Source: Geopsychrobacteraceae bacterium
Lineage (GTDB): Bacteria; Desulfobacterota; Desulfuromonadia; Desulfuromonadales; Geopsychrobacteraceae
DNA length: 64,000 nucleotides
Assembly: GCA_963676795.2 (NCBI GenBank)
Contig: CAXXTB010000002.1
Location: 1,696,001 to 1,760,000 of the forward strand
Reading direction: 5' to 3'
The position numbers were made by a program, and so were the translations under genes. A model generated the notes under the pieces. The model saw nothing but the letters and a program-made list of their open reading frames with translations, was not told the DNA's origin and made no database searches. This document shows positions 37,526 to 48,427 of the stretch, in pieces (the first letter of the stretch is position 1; every line of letters begins with the position of its first letter).

Positions 37526-38854
37526 TCAGCCGACAACCTCTGACTGACGACATTTATGTTTAGCGATATCCTTTTCAAACAGGCTGATCCCCCGCTCCAT
37601 GGCACAAAAATCGCCACACATTGTGCAGGTACTCTGATTTTCAGGCGTTCGGCTTTTTCTGATCTCTTCAGCTTTTTGCGGGAACATCAGCATTTCAAAA
37701 TGCTCTTTCCACTCGGTGTCCCGTCTGGCCAGGGCGACCCTCTTCTCCCCTTCCCTGCGATCCGGATACTTGGCAATATCACCGATACGCGCGGCAAGAC
37801 GGGTGGCACGGACACCTTCACGGACATCATCCTCGTTCGGCAGGGCAAGGTGTTCTGCGGGGGTGATGTAACAGATCAGATCGGCACCGTGCCAGGCCGA
37901 CTGCGCGGCACCGATCGCCGATGTGATATGGTCATAACCGGCACCGGAATCAGCTGGCAGCGGGCCGAGAACATAATATGGCGCACCGCCGCTCATCGCC
38001 TTTTCAAGCATGATATTTCCGGCTATTTCATCGAGCGGCACGTGTCCAGGGCCTTCGACCATCATCTGGCAGCCCATATCACGGCCCAGTTCAGCAAGCT
38101 CGCAATTGATGATCATCTCAGCCATCTGAGCCCGGTCATGGCTGTCATGAATCGCACCGGCGCGAATCCCGTTGCCAAGAGAAAGAACCGCGTCATATTT
38201 CTTCATCAAGCCACAGACACGATCGAACTGTTCATAAAGAGGGTTCTCCTTATTATTGTATTCCATCCAGGAGACCATGAAGGTTCCCCCTTTTGAAACC
38301 AGCCCGCCGTAGCGATAGCCCTGCTTTCTCAAACGTTCAATGGAAAAACGGTTAATTCCGCAATGAATGGCCATGAAGGACAGACCATCAGCCAACTGTT
38401 TTTCGATCAGGTCGAAGAGGTATTCCGGGTCCAGATTGTTGGGATTCTTATATTTCGCGCTGGCTTCCGCAAACGCCTGATACAACGGGACATTGCCAAC
38501 AGGCAGATTGCAGTTGGCAAGAACTTCACGACGGATTCGATCGAGATCTCCTCCCGTTGAGAGTTCCATCAGCGTATCTGCTTTCTCCTGTTCAGCGATT
38601 TTTGCCTTCTTGACTTCAAGCTCGATGTCGAAGATATCCGAAGATGTTCCGATGGAAGCGTTGACCTTGGTCCGCAGCCCTTTGCCGATAGCACAGATTT
38701 TTTGCTGTTTACGCAACGGATTCAGGGGGATAACGATCTGCCCGTCTGCAACCCGTTGTCTGATAACTTCAGCAGCGATCATTTCATCAGCAGCAACGAA
38801 CTGCATTGCCTCAGTGACAACACCCTCTCTGGCCAACTCGATTTGTGTCTTCAT
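37526..38854 (-). CDS. bzaF: ThiC-paralog radical SAM enzyme, probable 5-hydroxybenzimidazole synthase
   Basis: KVNASIGTS, EGPGHVP, CYITPAEHL, CTMCGDFC; preceded by a cobalamin (not TPP) riboswitch. Confidence 0.8.
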   Translation of the reverse strand: MKTQIELAREGVVTEAMQFVAADEMIAAEVIRQRVADGQIVIPLNPLRKQQKICAIGKGLRTKVNASIGTSSDIFDIELEVKKAKIAEQEKADTLMELSTGGDLDRIRREVLANCNLPVGNVPLYQAFAEASAKYKNPNNLDPEYLFDLIEKQLADGLSFMAIHCGINRFSIERLRKQGYRYGGLVSKGGTFMVSWMEYNNKENPLYEQFDRVCGLMKKYDAVLSLGNGIRAGAIHDSHDRAQMAEMIINCELAELGRDMGCQMMVEGPGHVPLDEIAGNIMLEKAMSGGAPYYVLGPLPADSGAGYDHITSAIGAAQSAWHGADLICYITPAEHLALPNEDDVREGVRATRLAARIGDIAKYPDRREGEKRVALARRDTEWKEHFEMLMFPQKAEEIRKSRTPENQSTCTMCGDFCAMERGISLFEKDIAKHKCRQSEVVG

Positions 38855-38892
38855 CTTTTCTCCTGTGAAATTTGATGCAGTCTGCGGGCAAC

Positions 38893-38929
38893 AAAAAAGC
38901 TCACGGGTGAATTTTTCACCCGTGAGCTT
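38893..38929 (-). terminator. Leader terminator (riboswitch expression platform)
   Basis: Minus-strand AAGCTCACGGGTGAA-AAA-TTCACCCGTGAGCTTTTTT between aptamer and start codon. Confidence 0.85.
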
Positions 38930-38957
38930 AATTTGGACTACAAAGCTTTGATCAGTT

Positions 38958-39140
38958 GAGGCAGGTCTTCTGACTTACGGATCATCCTCCGGCTACGTCT
39001 TCCCGTGCGTTCCGAAATCGGTACGCTCAGTGACACATTGCAACCTTCGTCCCCGCTTACAGCGCTGGCCCTACGTTGCGGACTTTCACCGCATTCCCTT
39101 TTCACCATCAGGCACAGGACCTGATGACACCTTACTGACT
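38958..39140 (-). ncRNA. Cobalamin riboswitch
   Basis: Minus strand AGGTG...AAAAGGGAATGCGGTGAAAGTCCGCA...GCTGTAA...CACTG...GGGAAG...AGTCAGAAGACCTGC (B12 box); ends approximate. Confidence 0.92.
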
Positions 39141-39255
39141 ATGTGCCGCCATTTAACAAAAAAGAGCTATGACAGTCAATCAATAATCTGCATCGACACA
39201 AAGCTAGCGGCCCGGGCCTTTTGGTACAGGCCGTTGCAACAAACTTCAAACAGAT

Positions 39256-41364
39256 CTACGGTAGCTGATTCCTCATCGCCAGTTGCGGGGTCATCTCCAT
39301 CGATCCAAGATTCAACCCGCTGACCTCTGATACAGCAGCCTTGACGCAGGAGTAATTCAGAGCGTTGACGGCTGTTTTACCGGTCAGTTTGAAGCCCTGC
39401 AGCAGCTGATGGAGCTCTTCCGCCTGCTCCGAGAGCTCTTCTGCTGCAGTTGCACTTTCAACGGCGCTCGCGGAATTTCGCTGCGTGACGATATCGATCT
39501 GGTTCAGCCCTTCTGTCATCTGGCTGATCCCCTGCGACTGTTCATTTGATGCGGCTGCAATTTCTTCGAGCAGATCGTTGACCTTGTTGGTACTCGTCAT
39601 TATCTCTTTGAGCGCCACGGCTGTCTGCTCTGCGATAACCGCACCTCGCTGGGTCAATACCACCGATCCTTCAATCAGTGACGCCGTCTCTTCGGCGGCC
39701 TTGGAGCTGCGGGCGGCAAGATTCCTGACCTCTTCGGCAACCACGGCGAACCCCTTCCCGTGCTGACCGGCACGGGCAGCTTCGACAGCGGCATTCAGGG
39801 CAAGAAGATTCGTCTGGAAAGCGATCTCATCGATAACCTTGATGATCTTGCTGATATCCTGGCTGGCCTGAGTAATCTCATTCATCGCCGAAACCATTTC
39901 AGACATCTGCTTGTCACCCTTCTCGGCAGAAATCTTCGATTCATTCGACAAGCGGTTGGCCGTGCTGGCATTTTGAGCGTTGGTCGTGACCTGACTGCTC
40001 ATTACATTCATGGATGCAGTAACTTCTTCAAAAGAGCTGGCCGATTGCGTTGCGCCGTCTGACAATTCTTCGCTCGTTGCTGCAACCTGGGACGCGCCGG
40101 CCGAAATCTGTTCTGCTGCCACCTGAGTCTGATTGAGCACGCGACGCAAACTGTTCACCATTCTGTCCAGAGAATTGCCAAGACAATCCTTATCGGAAGC
40201 CAGCTTTACATCACAGGTCAGGTCTCCCTCAGAAATCAATTCGGCGATATAAGCTTTTTCCTTAAGCTTTTCGATCATGTTACGAATCGCCGCATAGAGA
40301 CTGGTCGGTTTTTCACGATTGTCGGCCATGTGAATATCCAGCTCACCGGCAGCAACACGCTTGGCAATCTCGACAACCTGGGCAGGTTCACCACCCATCA
40401 TCTGCATAATCATCCGCGTCGTGATCAGCGCAGCAAAAGCACCCAGGACAATAGCAATGATATTCAGAGAAACAATACTGGTTGTGGCCCGGCTGCTGGT
40501 TTTCTGAAGTTGAGGGCCAAGGGCCTCACTGACGGAGTGAATATTTTCGGTAATCTCAGCCGTTGCTGCGGCAATTTCAGGACCCAGCACATCCAGAGAA
40601 TTGACAACGATAGCATCATGTTTTTCAGAAATCATTTTTATATCAGCAAGAGAGGAGAGGTAAACATCGACACTATCCACAACCTTCTCGAGCAATGTCG
40701 CCTGCCCTGCGCCATTCATGTGGCCATCCAGCTTACCGACGAAAGACTTTAACTTCGCCAACTCAACGGTCGCGGTTGTATACATGGCCGGATCATCTGT
40801 ATCGGTATATTTCTGCACATAAAGACGTCCGAGCAACAGATGACGAAGAGCCATAGAGGTCAGATAGGCTCCCTCAGAATCGCCTCTTTCCCTTAAGCTG
40901 TGATTCAATGAATCCAGCCCATCAACCACGACGCCACCACTGGGAACCAGTTTATTGGAAAAGATACCAGCACGCTGGTTCTTGAGAGCTTTCATTTCAT
41001 TGAAGCTTTGATTGTAGGTCTGTAGGGACTGTTTGATTTTGTTGAGGGATTTGCCCCTTTCTGGCTCAACAATCTCAGCACTCGCCACATTGACCGCCTC
41101 CTGTGTCATGCCGAAGTATTTATTGAAGCCATCAAGCTCTCTTTGAGCTTCACTGGTGATGTAACTTTTGGCATTGAGCCGAGTCATGAGCATCATCGAC
41201 TCAATATCGCTGGCCGCGTTCGATTCGCGGGCCATATGCCGGTAGGACGTAACCCCCTGGGAAATGTGATGAAGTGAATTGTAGGCAAGGATACCCACGA
41301 TTGTCAGGAGGACCAGGATACTAGCAAAACCGAGTGTTAACTGACGTGCAAGTGTAAGTTTCAT
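39256..41364 (-). CDS. Methyl-accepting chemotaxis protein with large periplasmic helical sensor
   Basis: Two TM segments, [41 protein letters not shown]. Confidence 0.95.
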   Translation of the reverse strand: MKLTLARQLTLGFASILVLLTIVGILAYNSLHHISQGVTSYRHMARESNAASDIESMMLMTRLNAKSYITSEAQRELDGFNKYFGMTQEAVNVASAEIVEPERGKSLNKIKQSLQTYNQSFNEMKALKNQRAGIFSNKLVPSGGVVVDGLDSLNHSLRERGDSEGAYLTSMALRHLLLGRLYVQKYTDTDDPAMYTTATVELAKLKSFVGKLDGHMNGAGQATLLEKVVDSVDVYLSSLADIKMISEKHDAIVVNSLDVLGPEIAAATAEITENIHSVSEALGPQLQKTSSRATTSIVSLNIIAIVLGAFAALITTRMIMQMMGGEPAQVVEIAKRVAAGELDIHMADNREKPTSLYAAIRNMIEKLKEKAYIAELISEGDLTCDVKLASDKDCLGNSLDRMVNSLRRVLNQTQVAAEQISAGASQVAATSEELSDGATQSASSFEEVTASMNVMSSQVTTNAQNASTANRLSNESKISAEKGDKQMSEMVSAMNEITQASQDISKIIKVIDEIAFQTNLLALNAAVEAARAGQHGKGFAVVAEEVRNLAARSSKAAEETASLIEGSVVLTQRGAVIAEQTAVALKEIMTSTNKVNDLLEEIAAASNEQSQGISQMTEGLNQIDIVTQRNSASAVESATAAEELSEQAEELHQLLQGFKLTGKTAVNALNYSCVKAAVSEVSGLNLGSMEMTPQLAMRNQLP

Positions 41365-41620
41365 CGTCCGACATCTCCATTTGTTAGTCATTTATTGTGT
41401 CTGGTATTTTTTCACACACAATACCTATACCACCCATTTTCCAGCTGTCAAATTTTTTATGAGCTAAAATTAATTGTTTACAAAAAAACAACATTCTAAG
41501 TAGAAACAATAAGTTAGACATCTAATTATTGAAATATTTGAAAAAGATCATGAAGAAAAAGTGAAGTGATAAAATTGAGATTAGGAATAAAAAAAGCCAG
41601 CTGAACGCTGGCTTGATATT

Positions 41621-41666
41621 TTGGTCGGGATGACTGGATTTGAACCAGCGGCCCCTTGTCCCCCAG
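41621..41666 (-). repeat. 46-bp direct repeat of the tRNA-Pro 3' half (att-like site)
   Basis: Identical to 41848-41893, running from the anticodon loop to CCA. Confidence 0.92.
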
Positions 41667-41810
41667 TAATATGGCTTCAAGCCACTACTCAATAAGTTCA
41701 AATAGTTAGCATACTGGATACTATCTACTATCGATAAATCGGTATTTAATTAAATTTACCCAACAGACACTTGACAATATAGAGAGTGACTAGATAGTTT
41801 AGACACAAAA

Positions 41811-41840
41811 AAAGGGTTAGCGAAAAACCGCTAACCCTTT
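41811..41840 (-). terminator. Terminator after tRNA-Pro
   Basis: AAAGGGTTAGCG-AAAAAC-CGCTAACCCTTT with a T-tract on the minus strand. Confidence 0.75.
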
Positions 41841-41848
41841 GATTTTAT

Positions 41849-41925
41849 TGGTCGGGATGACTGGATTTGAACCAGCGGCCCCTTGTCCCCCAGACAAGTG
41901 CGCTACCAGGCTGCGCCACATCCCG
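41849..41925 (-). tRNA. tRNA-Pro(GGG)
   Basis: CGGGATGTGGCGCAGCCTGGTAGCGCACTTGTCT-GGG-GGACAAGGGGCCGCTGGTTCAAATCCAGTCATCCCGACCA. Confidence 0.96.
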
Positions 41926-41985
41926 TTTTTGAATTTGCGAAGTATCTTGTATTCTCAAAGACTTGTCAAGAAAAATGGCTCTCCT

Positions 41986-43299
41986 TTAAAGCTTTCTCCG
42001 ATCGATAATCCGGCAGGCTTTCCCTTCATGACGAGTGATTGATGAAGGTTCAACCAGTTTGACCCTGGCACTGATGCCCAGGGCCGAGGCCAGCCTCTTT
42101 TCGGCCCGATCGATAAACATGCGCTGCTGCTTCATTTCATCAAAGAAAATCCGTTCGTTGACCTCGACCAGAATCTCTAATGTATCTGAGTTGTTGACCC
42201 GATCGACAATCAGCTGATAGTGAGGTTCGCACCCTTCAATCTGAAACAGGACCTCTTCAATCTGGGTCGGAAAGACATTCACCCCTTTGATGATCAGCAT
42301 ATCGTCACTGCGACCACGGGTCTTCTCCATCCGGGCCAGAGTCCGGCCACAGTCGCAGCGCTCATAGTGCAGGCGGGTGATATCCCGGGTCCGGTAGCGG
42401 ATCATCGGAAAGGCCTGCTTGGTCAGACTGGTGATGACCAGCTCACCGACCGAACCTTCGGGCAGGACCTCACCTGTATCGGGATCGATAATTTCGGCAA
42501 GAAAGTGATCTTCAGCAATATGCATCCCCCGCTTGAAGATACAGTCTCCGGCAACCCCCGGCCCCATAATTTCTGACAAACCAAAATTGTCGGTAGCAAT
42601 AATCCCGAGCCGCTGTTCAAGCTCGCTACGCATCTGCTCACTCCAGGGCTCAGCCCCGAAAAGACCGATCTTCAGAGCGAGTGATGCCGGATCAATCCCC
42701 TGCTTTTCCATCCGGTCGGCAATGGTCAGCGCATAGGACGGTGTACAGACCAGCACGGTCGAGCGGTAATCCTGCATGATCATGATCTGCTTGTCGGTAT
42801 TTCCTCCCGACATCGGAATGACCGAAGCGCCGATCAGCTCCGAGCCGTAATGCAGACCGAAGGCCCCGGTAAAAAGGCCGTAACCAAAGGCGATATGGAC
42901 GATATCCTCTTCGGTCACCCCGGCGGCGGTCATAAAGCGGGAGACAAGTTCGGACCAGGTCTGAATATCCTGTCTGGTATAGCCGACAACGGTCGGCTTG
43001 CCGGTTGTTCCCGAAGAGGAATGAATGCGCACCACATCGCGCATCGGTACGGCAAACATCCCATATGGATAGTTGAGCCGCAGGTCGGCCTTGGTGGTAA
43101 ACGGCAGATGTCTTAAATCCTCAAGAGTTCTCAGGTCATCAGGACAGAAGGAACATTGCCTGAATTTTTCCTGGTAGCAGGGCACATTTTCCGCCACCCG
43201 CGTGAGTGTCGACTTCAGACGTTCCAACTGCAAATCGCGTAACTGCTCACGCGCCATGCACTCCGCTTCCCGGTTCCAGATATTGATCGCCACCGACAT
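41986..43299 (-). CDS. paaK: Phenylacetate-CoA ligase family protein
   Basis: [48 protein letters not shown]. Confidence 0.9.
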   Translation of the reverse strand: MSVAINIWNREAECMAREQLRDLQLERLKSTLTRVAENVPCYQEKFRQCSFCPDDLRTLEDLRHLPFTTKADLRLNYPYGMFAVPMRDVVRIHSSSGTTGKPTVVGYTRQDIQTWSELVSRFMTAAGVTEEDIVHIAFGYGLFTGAFGLHYGSELIGASVIPMSGGNTDKQIMIMQDYRSTVLVCTPSYALTIADRMEKQGIDPASLALKIGLFGAEPWSEQMRSELEQRLGIIATDNFGLSEIMGPGVAGDCIFKRGMHIAEDHFLAEIIDPDTGEVLPEGSVGELVITSLTKQAFPMIRYRTRDITRLHYERCDCGRTLARMEKTRGRSDDMLIIKGVNVFPTQIEEVLFQIEGCEPHYQLIVDRVNNSDTLEILVEVNERIFFDEMKQQRMFIDRAEKRLASALGISARVKLVEPSSITRHEGKACRIIDRRKL

Positions 43300-43337
43300 A
43301 ATAAATAACTTTAAGTATTATTGATAAGTCACTGAAT

Positions 43338-43769
43338 CTAGATAGATGTCAGCTTCTCACCCTTGAGAATATTAACCCCGTTATCGCGCAACACCTGGAT
43401 AGCCTCATCGACGTTGTCAAAACGGAAGATGATAACGGCATTCCCGCCGGAACGTTCGACAAAGGCGTACATATATTCGACGTTGATTTGGTTCCAGTCG
43501 AGAATCTGCAGGATAGAAGACAGACCACCGGGACTATCGGGAACCTCGACACCAATAACCTCAGTCTTGTTGACGGTGAAATGATGATCGCGCAGAACCG
43601 TTAAGGCCTTTTCGCTGTCATCGACAATCAGGCGCAAGATACCAAAATCGGAGGTGTCCGCGAGCGACAGGGCGCGAATATTTACTCCGGAAGCTCCAAG
43701 GATTCCGGAAACTTCTGCAAGACGACCCGATTTATTTTCTATAAATATCGATATCTGTTCGACTTTCAT
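43338..43769 (-). CDS. ACT-domain (amino-acid-binding) protein
   Basis: [13 protein letters not shown]...INVEYMYAF; usual paaK neighbour. Confidence 0.9.
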   Translation of the reverse strand: MKVEQISIFIENKSGRLAEVSGILGASGVNIRALSLADTSDFGILRLIVDDSEKALTVLRDHHFTVNKTEVIGVEVPDSPGGLSSILQILDWNQINVEYMYAFVERSGGNAVIIFRFDNVDEAIQVLRDNGVNILKGEKLTSI

Positions 43770-43790
43770 AACAGGCTCCTTGGTAGAATA

Positions 43791-45098
43791 TCAGGAATTC
43801 TGATTCCGCTTATCGATAACGCGCTGTGCCTTGCCTTCGCTTCGTGCGATGGTTTTGGGCTCTACCAGCCGGACCTTGCAGGTGACGCCGAGCAGATCCT
43901 TGATATCTTTCTTGACCTTGGCGCTTAGACCCTGCAACACCTTCACCTCATCAGAAAAGGTCTGTTCATTGACTTCAACCTGAACCTCCAGGGTATCGAG
44001 GTTTCCGTCACGTTCGACAATCAACTGATAGTGGGGCTCTATCCCTTCGATATTGAAGAGAACCGACTCGATCTGGCTCGGGAAGACATTGACACCACGA
44101 ATGATCAGCATATCGTCACTGCGGCCGCTGAGTCGCTCGATACGCAGGTGGGTCCGCCCGCAGACGCAGGGCTCAGTGATGAGGCGGGTGATATCCCGGG
44201 TCCGGTAACGAATCAGCGGAATCCCCTCCTTGGTGATGGTCGTGATAACCAGTTCACCTTTTTCACCCGGAGGCAGGACTTCACCCGTTTCAGGATCGAT
44301 GATTTCCGGAATGAAATGGTCCTCCCAGATATGCAGCCCGTTCTGGGCCTCGTAGCACTCTATTGCGACCCCCGGACCCATGATCTCGGAAAGACCATAG
44401 ATATCGATCGCCTTGATATTGAGTTTCTCCTCAATTTCACGGCGCATCTTTTCACTCCAGGGCTCAGCCCCCAGAATGCCGACCTTGAGTTTAAGATTCC
44501 TGATATCTATCCCCTCTTCCCTGGCAACCTCCGCCAGGAAAAGGCTGTAAGACGGCGTACAGGTCAGCACGGTCGAGCCGAAATCCTGCATGATCATCAG
44601 CTGCTTCTTGGTATTGCCACCGGAAATCGGAATAACGGAGGCCCCAAGTCGCTCGGCTCCGTAATGGGCACCCAGGCCGCCGGTAAAAAGCCCGTAGCCG
44701 TAGGCGTTGTGAATGATATCCTGTTTACCTGCGCCGGCCGCAGCGAAGGAACGGGCCATCAGTTCACTCCAGGTCTCGATATCCTTTTTGGTGTAGCCGA
44801 CAACGGTCGGCTTCCCGGTTGTTCCCGATGAAGCATGAATACGGACAATTTCCTCTAACGGAGCTGCAAACAGCCCATAGGGGTAATTGGCGCGCATATC
44901 CTGCTTCAAAGTAAAGGGCAGCTTCTGCAGATCAGCCAGGGACTGAATATGCTCCGGCGTTACACCGTGCTGCCTGAAACTCTGCTGATAAAAAGGGACT
45001 GATGCGTAAACCCGGGCAACAGTCTGTTGCAGACGTTTGAGCTGTATCGATTCAAGCGCTTCTCGTGGCAGTGTCTCAAATTCGTCATTCCAGATCAC
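43791..45098 (-). CDS. paaK: Phenylacetate-CoA ligase family protein (second copy)
   Basis: [35 protein letters not shown] start after GGAGG. Confidence 0.92.
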   Translation of the reverse strand: MIWNDEFETLPREALESIQLKRLQQTVARVYASVPFYQQSFRQHGVTPEHIQSLADLQKLPFTLKQDMRANYPYGLFAAPLEEIVRIHASSGTTGKPTVVGYTKKDIETWSELMARSFAAAGAGKQDIIHNAYGYGLFTGGLGAHYGAERLGASVIPISGGNTKKQLMIMQDFGSTVLTCTPSYSLFLAEVAREEGIDIRNLKLKVGILGAEPWSEKMRREIEEKLNIKAIDIYGLSEIMGPGVAIECYEAQNGLHIWEDHFIPEIIDPETGEVLPPGEKGELVITTITKEGIPLIRYRTRDITRLITEPCVCGRTHLRIERLSGRSDDMLIIRGVNVFPSQIESVLFNIEGIEPHYQLIVERDGNLDTLEVQVEVNEQTFSDEVKVLQGLSAKVKKDIKDLLGVTCKVRLVEPKTIARSEGKAQRVIDKRNQNS

Positions 45099-45115
45099 GG
45101 GACCTCCTGTAAAAA

Positions 45116-45694
45116 TTATTTCACCTGACAACCCAGCTCAAATGCCTTCAGATTGATCTCCAGAAGCCGCTCGGGAATCATTTTTTTCAATGCTTCAAGC
45201 CAGATGTTTTTATCAAAATCAAGGATGTTGGACAATGCTCCGAGCAGAACAGTATTGACGGTCTTGGAATTACCCGCCTGAAGCGCAAGATCCAGGCCAC
45301 TGACGACCGTCGTGGCCGGAAACTTCACACGTAGCTCTTCGGCGAGGTTCTGTGGATAGGCCATCTTGCCTAGCGCAACTGCAGGAGGCGCAATCTTCCA
45401 GTCGTTGACCACGACCCTGCCATTCTCTTTCAGCAGCGGCAGATAACGACAGGTTTCAAGCATCTCGAAGCTGAACAGGATATCAACCTCTCCTTCCGGG
45501 ATGATTGAGGAATAAACCTTGTCACCGTAACGGACGTGCGAAACAACACTGCCGCCACGTTGCGACATGCCATGGATCTCATTCTTTTTGACATCAAGGC
45601 CAGCCATCATGACCACTTCGGAAAGCACCTCACTGGCTAACAGAATCCCCTGTCCACCGACACCAGCCAAGAGGATATTGGTAATCTGACTCAT
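45116..45694 (-). CDS. iorB: Indolepyruvate:ferredoxin oxidoreductase beta subunit
   Basis: [29 protein letters not shown]. Confidence 0.92.
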   Translation of the reverse strand: MSQITNILLAGVGGQGILLASEVLSEVVMMAGLDVKKNEIHGMSQRGGSVVSHVRYGDKVYSSIIPEGEVDILFSFEMLETCRYLPLLKENGRVVVNDWKIAPPAVALGKMAYPQNLAEELRVKFPATTVVSGLDLALQAGNSKTVNTVLLGALSNILDFDKNIWLEALKKMIPERLLEINLKAFELGCQVK

Positions 45695-45696
45695 GA

Positions 45697-47445
45697 TTAT
45701 TCACACTCCTTGAATGCGCCAAAACCACAGGTCTGCTGGCAAACCTTACAGCCGACACAGATGATGGGGTCGATATTCGACTTTTTCTTCTCATCGTCCC
45801 AGGTAATTGCCGGACAACCGAGCTTAAGACAGGCCTTACAACCGACGCAGACGCTGTGATCGACATAAAGCGGCTTGCGCTTTTCCCTGTTGTCACGGGG
45901 AACAAGCATACAGGGGCGTGTGGTAATGATGACCGAGACCTCATCGCGGGCCATCTCCTCACGGAGGGTCTTACGCGTCAGGGCGATATCATAAGGGTCG
46001 ATCACTGCGATATGCTTGACACCAACAGCCCTGCAGAGCTGCTCCAGGTTGACACGGTAGGTCTGATCCTCGGTCAGGGTGTAGCCTGATGTCGGGTTCT
46101 CCTGACGGCCGGTCATTGCGGTAATGCGGTTATCCAGAATAATGACTGTCGAAGCGGATTTATTATAAACCATGTCCATCAGGCCGTTGATGCCGGTATG
46201 GAGGAAAGTCGAGTCACCGATAACCGCAACAACCTTGCGCTGATCCTCATCACTGAGTACCTTGCTGATCCCGGTGGCCATACCGATACTCGCCCCCATG
46301 CAGACACAGGTATCCATGGCCGACAGCGGCGGCATAAAACCCAGGGTGTAACAGCCGATATCGCCCGAGACATAGGCCTTGGCACGGTTCAGTTCCATAA
46401 AAATACCGCGGTGCGGACAGCCGGGGCACATGTTTGGTGGACGTTGCGGAAGTTCGGGCGAGGCATCTTCAACGGGAACATCGGTGCCGAAGAGCGCCTG
46501 CTGCAGACGCCCGGGAGTCAGCTCACCGCAAAGCGGCAACTTGTCCTTGCCGATGACCTCGATCCCCATGGCCCGGACCTGATCTTCAATGAAAGGATCC
46601 AGCTCTTCGACGACATACAGGGTCTTATAGCGGGCGGCAAAATCACGAATCAGTGATTTCGCCAGAGGATAAACCAGCCCCAGCTTAAGCACTGCGGCGT
46701 TCGGCAGAACCTCTTTGACATACTGATAGGAAACACCGGAGGTAATGACTCCGACATCACCTGATGCGTCTTCTATTCTGTTAAAGGATTGGCTGCAGGC
46801 CCAGGACTCAAGATCTGTAATCCGCTTTTCGACATCAAAGTGGCGGCGCCGGGCATTGCCGGGCAACATGACCAGTTTCTGCGGGTTGCGATCAAGGACG
46901 GGCGCTTTGATCTGCTCAGGGCGCTCACCGAGCTGAACGATCGATTTCGAATGCGAGATACGTGTCGTAGTACGCAGCAGTACGGGAGTATCGAACATTT
47001 CACTCAGCTCGAAAGCAGCCTTGGTGAAATCGAGAGCTTCCTGACTGTCTGCAGGTTCAAACATCGGTATCTTGGCAAACTTGGCATAGTTGCGGTTATC
47101 CTGTTCATTCTGAGAGGAATGTAATTCCGGATCGTCAGCCGTGACTAGAACCAGGCCACCGTTTACGCCGGTGTACGACAGGGTAAATAGAGGATCTGCG
47201 GCGACATTGACACCGACATGCTTCATCGTCACGATCGATCGTGCGCCACCGAAGCAGGCCCCGATACCGACCTCAAGAGCCACCTTTTCATTTGGCGCCC
47301 ATGACGCGTTGATCTCTGTATATCTGGTTATATTTTCCAGAATCTCGGTGCTTGGGGTCCCCGGGTAGGCACTGGCAACAAGAACACCAGCTTCAAAGGC
47401 ACCACGCGCTATAGCTTCGTTCCCTGAAAGCAGTACTTTGTTCAT
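45697..47445 (-). CDS. iorA: Indolepyruvate:ferredoxin oxidoreductase alpha subunit
   Basis: GNEAIARG, YPGTPS, CPGCPH, GDIGC, GDSTF, C-terminal 2x[4Fe-4S] Cys motifs. Confidence 0.94.
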   Translation of the reverse strand: MNKVLLSGNEAIARGAFEAGVLVASAYPGTPSTEILENITRYTEINASWAPNEKVALEVGIGACFGGARSIVTMKHVGVNVAADPLFTLSYTGVNGGLVLVTADDPELHSSQNEQDNRNYAKFAKIPMFEPADSQEALDFTKAAFELSEMFDTPVLLRTTTRISHSKSIVQLGERPEQIKAPVLDRNPQKLVMLPGNARRRHFDVEKRITDLESWACSQSFNRIEDASGDVGVITSGVSYQYVKEVLPNAAVLKLGLVYPLAKSLIRDFAARYKTLYVVEELDPFIEDQVRAMGIEVIGKDKLPLCGELTPGRLQQALFGTDVPVEDASPELPQRPPNMCPGCPHRGIFMELNRAKAYVSGDIGCYTLGFMPPLSAMDTCVCMGASIGMATGISKVLSDEDQRKVVAVIGDSTFLHTGINGLMDMVYNKSASTVIILDNRITAMTGRQENPTSGYTLTEDQTYRVNLEQLCRAVGVKHIAVIDPYDIALTRKTLREEMARDEVSVIITTRPCMLVPRDNREKRKPLYVDHSVCVGCKACLKLGCPAITWDDEKKKSNIDPIICVGCKVCQQTCGFGAFKECE

Positions 47446-47516
47446 AAAAGCCCTTAGAAATTATTGAATTTGATTGAAGAAAAGATGGGCAATCATAGGC
47501 AATCACTGGTCTTCTG

Positions 47517-48422
47517 TCAACGTGTGCTACACATCTCCAGCAGCAGACCTTCCAGCAGTCCGGAATCTGAAACTTTTATTTGATCCTGCTGAAATGATTG
47601 ACAAAATGCCATTGAAATTCGCAGACCATGAGCAATCAGATCGCCGCGTCCCGGCTCCATACCAACAATCGCTTCGCGCTCGGCCTTTGAAAGTGGTAGA
47701 ATCTGCTCAAAGGTCCTCTCCATCCACGCCAAGGGGATGATGTGGTTGTTGATCAGTGCCGGTTGATAGTCAGCAAGTTCGAGATTCATGGCTGCAAGGG
47801 TTGTCACTGTCCCTGCCGTACCGACCAGGCAGTAATCGCTGCCCAGCAATCCTGCTTTCTCAAGCTGGCTGCGCAGATCAGTAAAAACGGCATCGATGGC
47901 GGACTGCCGTTCCATATCGTTGTGACATTCCTCCTCAAGCCGGACAACACCCAAGGGGTAGCTCTTCTGAAAAGCCACCGACTGGTCACGCAGACAGATC
48001 AACTCGGTACTCCCGCCACCGATATCCATGATGATAGCCCGCTCCGGTGGGGGCTCTATAACCGACATGACACCAGTGGTTGTCAGGGCCGCTTCGAGGT
48101 TGCCGTCAATCACCTCTATCTCGATGCCGGTCTCAGACAGGACTGAATCGATAAACTCCTGACGATTTGCCGCCCGGCGCACAGCCTCCGTCGCTACGGC
48201 ACGGATCCGGGCCACCTGCTGCTCTTCAGCCTGCTGAACAAACCATCTCAGAACAGTGATAGCACGCTGCATACTTTCGGCGTGCAGGCCTTTCTCTGCA
48301 TCAAACCGCCCTGACAATCTGGCAATCTGACGCAAATAACGCTGTGGCTCGATTCCCGTTGAACCACAGCGTCCCAGAAGCATTCTCAATGTGTTACTGC
48401 CAATATCGATTGCAGCAAGCAT
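47517..48422 (-). CDS. Ppx/GppA-family phosphatase
   Basis: AAIDIGSNT, ATEAVRRA, DIGGGSTE, GTAGT, GLLEG. Confidence 0.92.
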   Translation of the reverse strand: MLAAIDIGSNTLRMLLGRCGSTGIEPQRYLRQIARLSGRFDAEKGLHAESMQRAITVLRWFVQQAEEQQVARIRAVATEAVRRAANRQEFIDSVLSETGIEIEVIDGNLEAALTTTGVMSVIEPPPERAIIMDIGGGSTELICLRDQSVAFQKSYPLGVVRLEEECHNDMERQSAIDAVFTDLRSQLEKAGLLGSDYCLVGTAGTVTTLAAMNLELADYQPALINNHIIPLAWMERTFEQILPLSKAEREAIVGMEPGRGDLIAHGLRISMAFCQSFQQDQIKVSDSGLLEGLLLEMCSTR

Positions 48423-48427
48423 ATAGT

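Noticed and set aside
37526..38854. Thiamine biosynthesis thiC
   Set aside because: The leader is a cobalamin riboswitch, not TPP, and the context is corrinoid; bzaF is more likely, though not proven.
41621..41666. Second tRNA-Pro gene
   Set aside because: Lacks the 5' acceptor strand, D arm and 5' anticodon stem; a fragment only.
41839..42042. 67-aa ORF over tRNA-Pro (and similar ORFs over tRNA-Leu and the riboswitch)
   Set aside because: They overlap well-supported structural RNAs and have no protein motifs.
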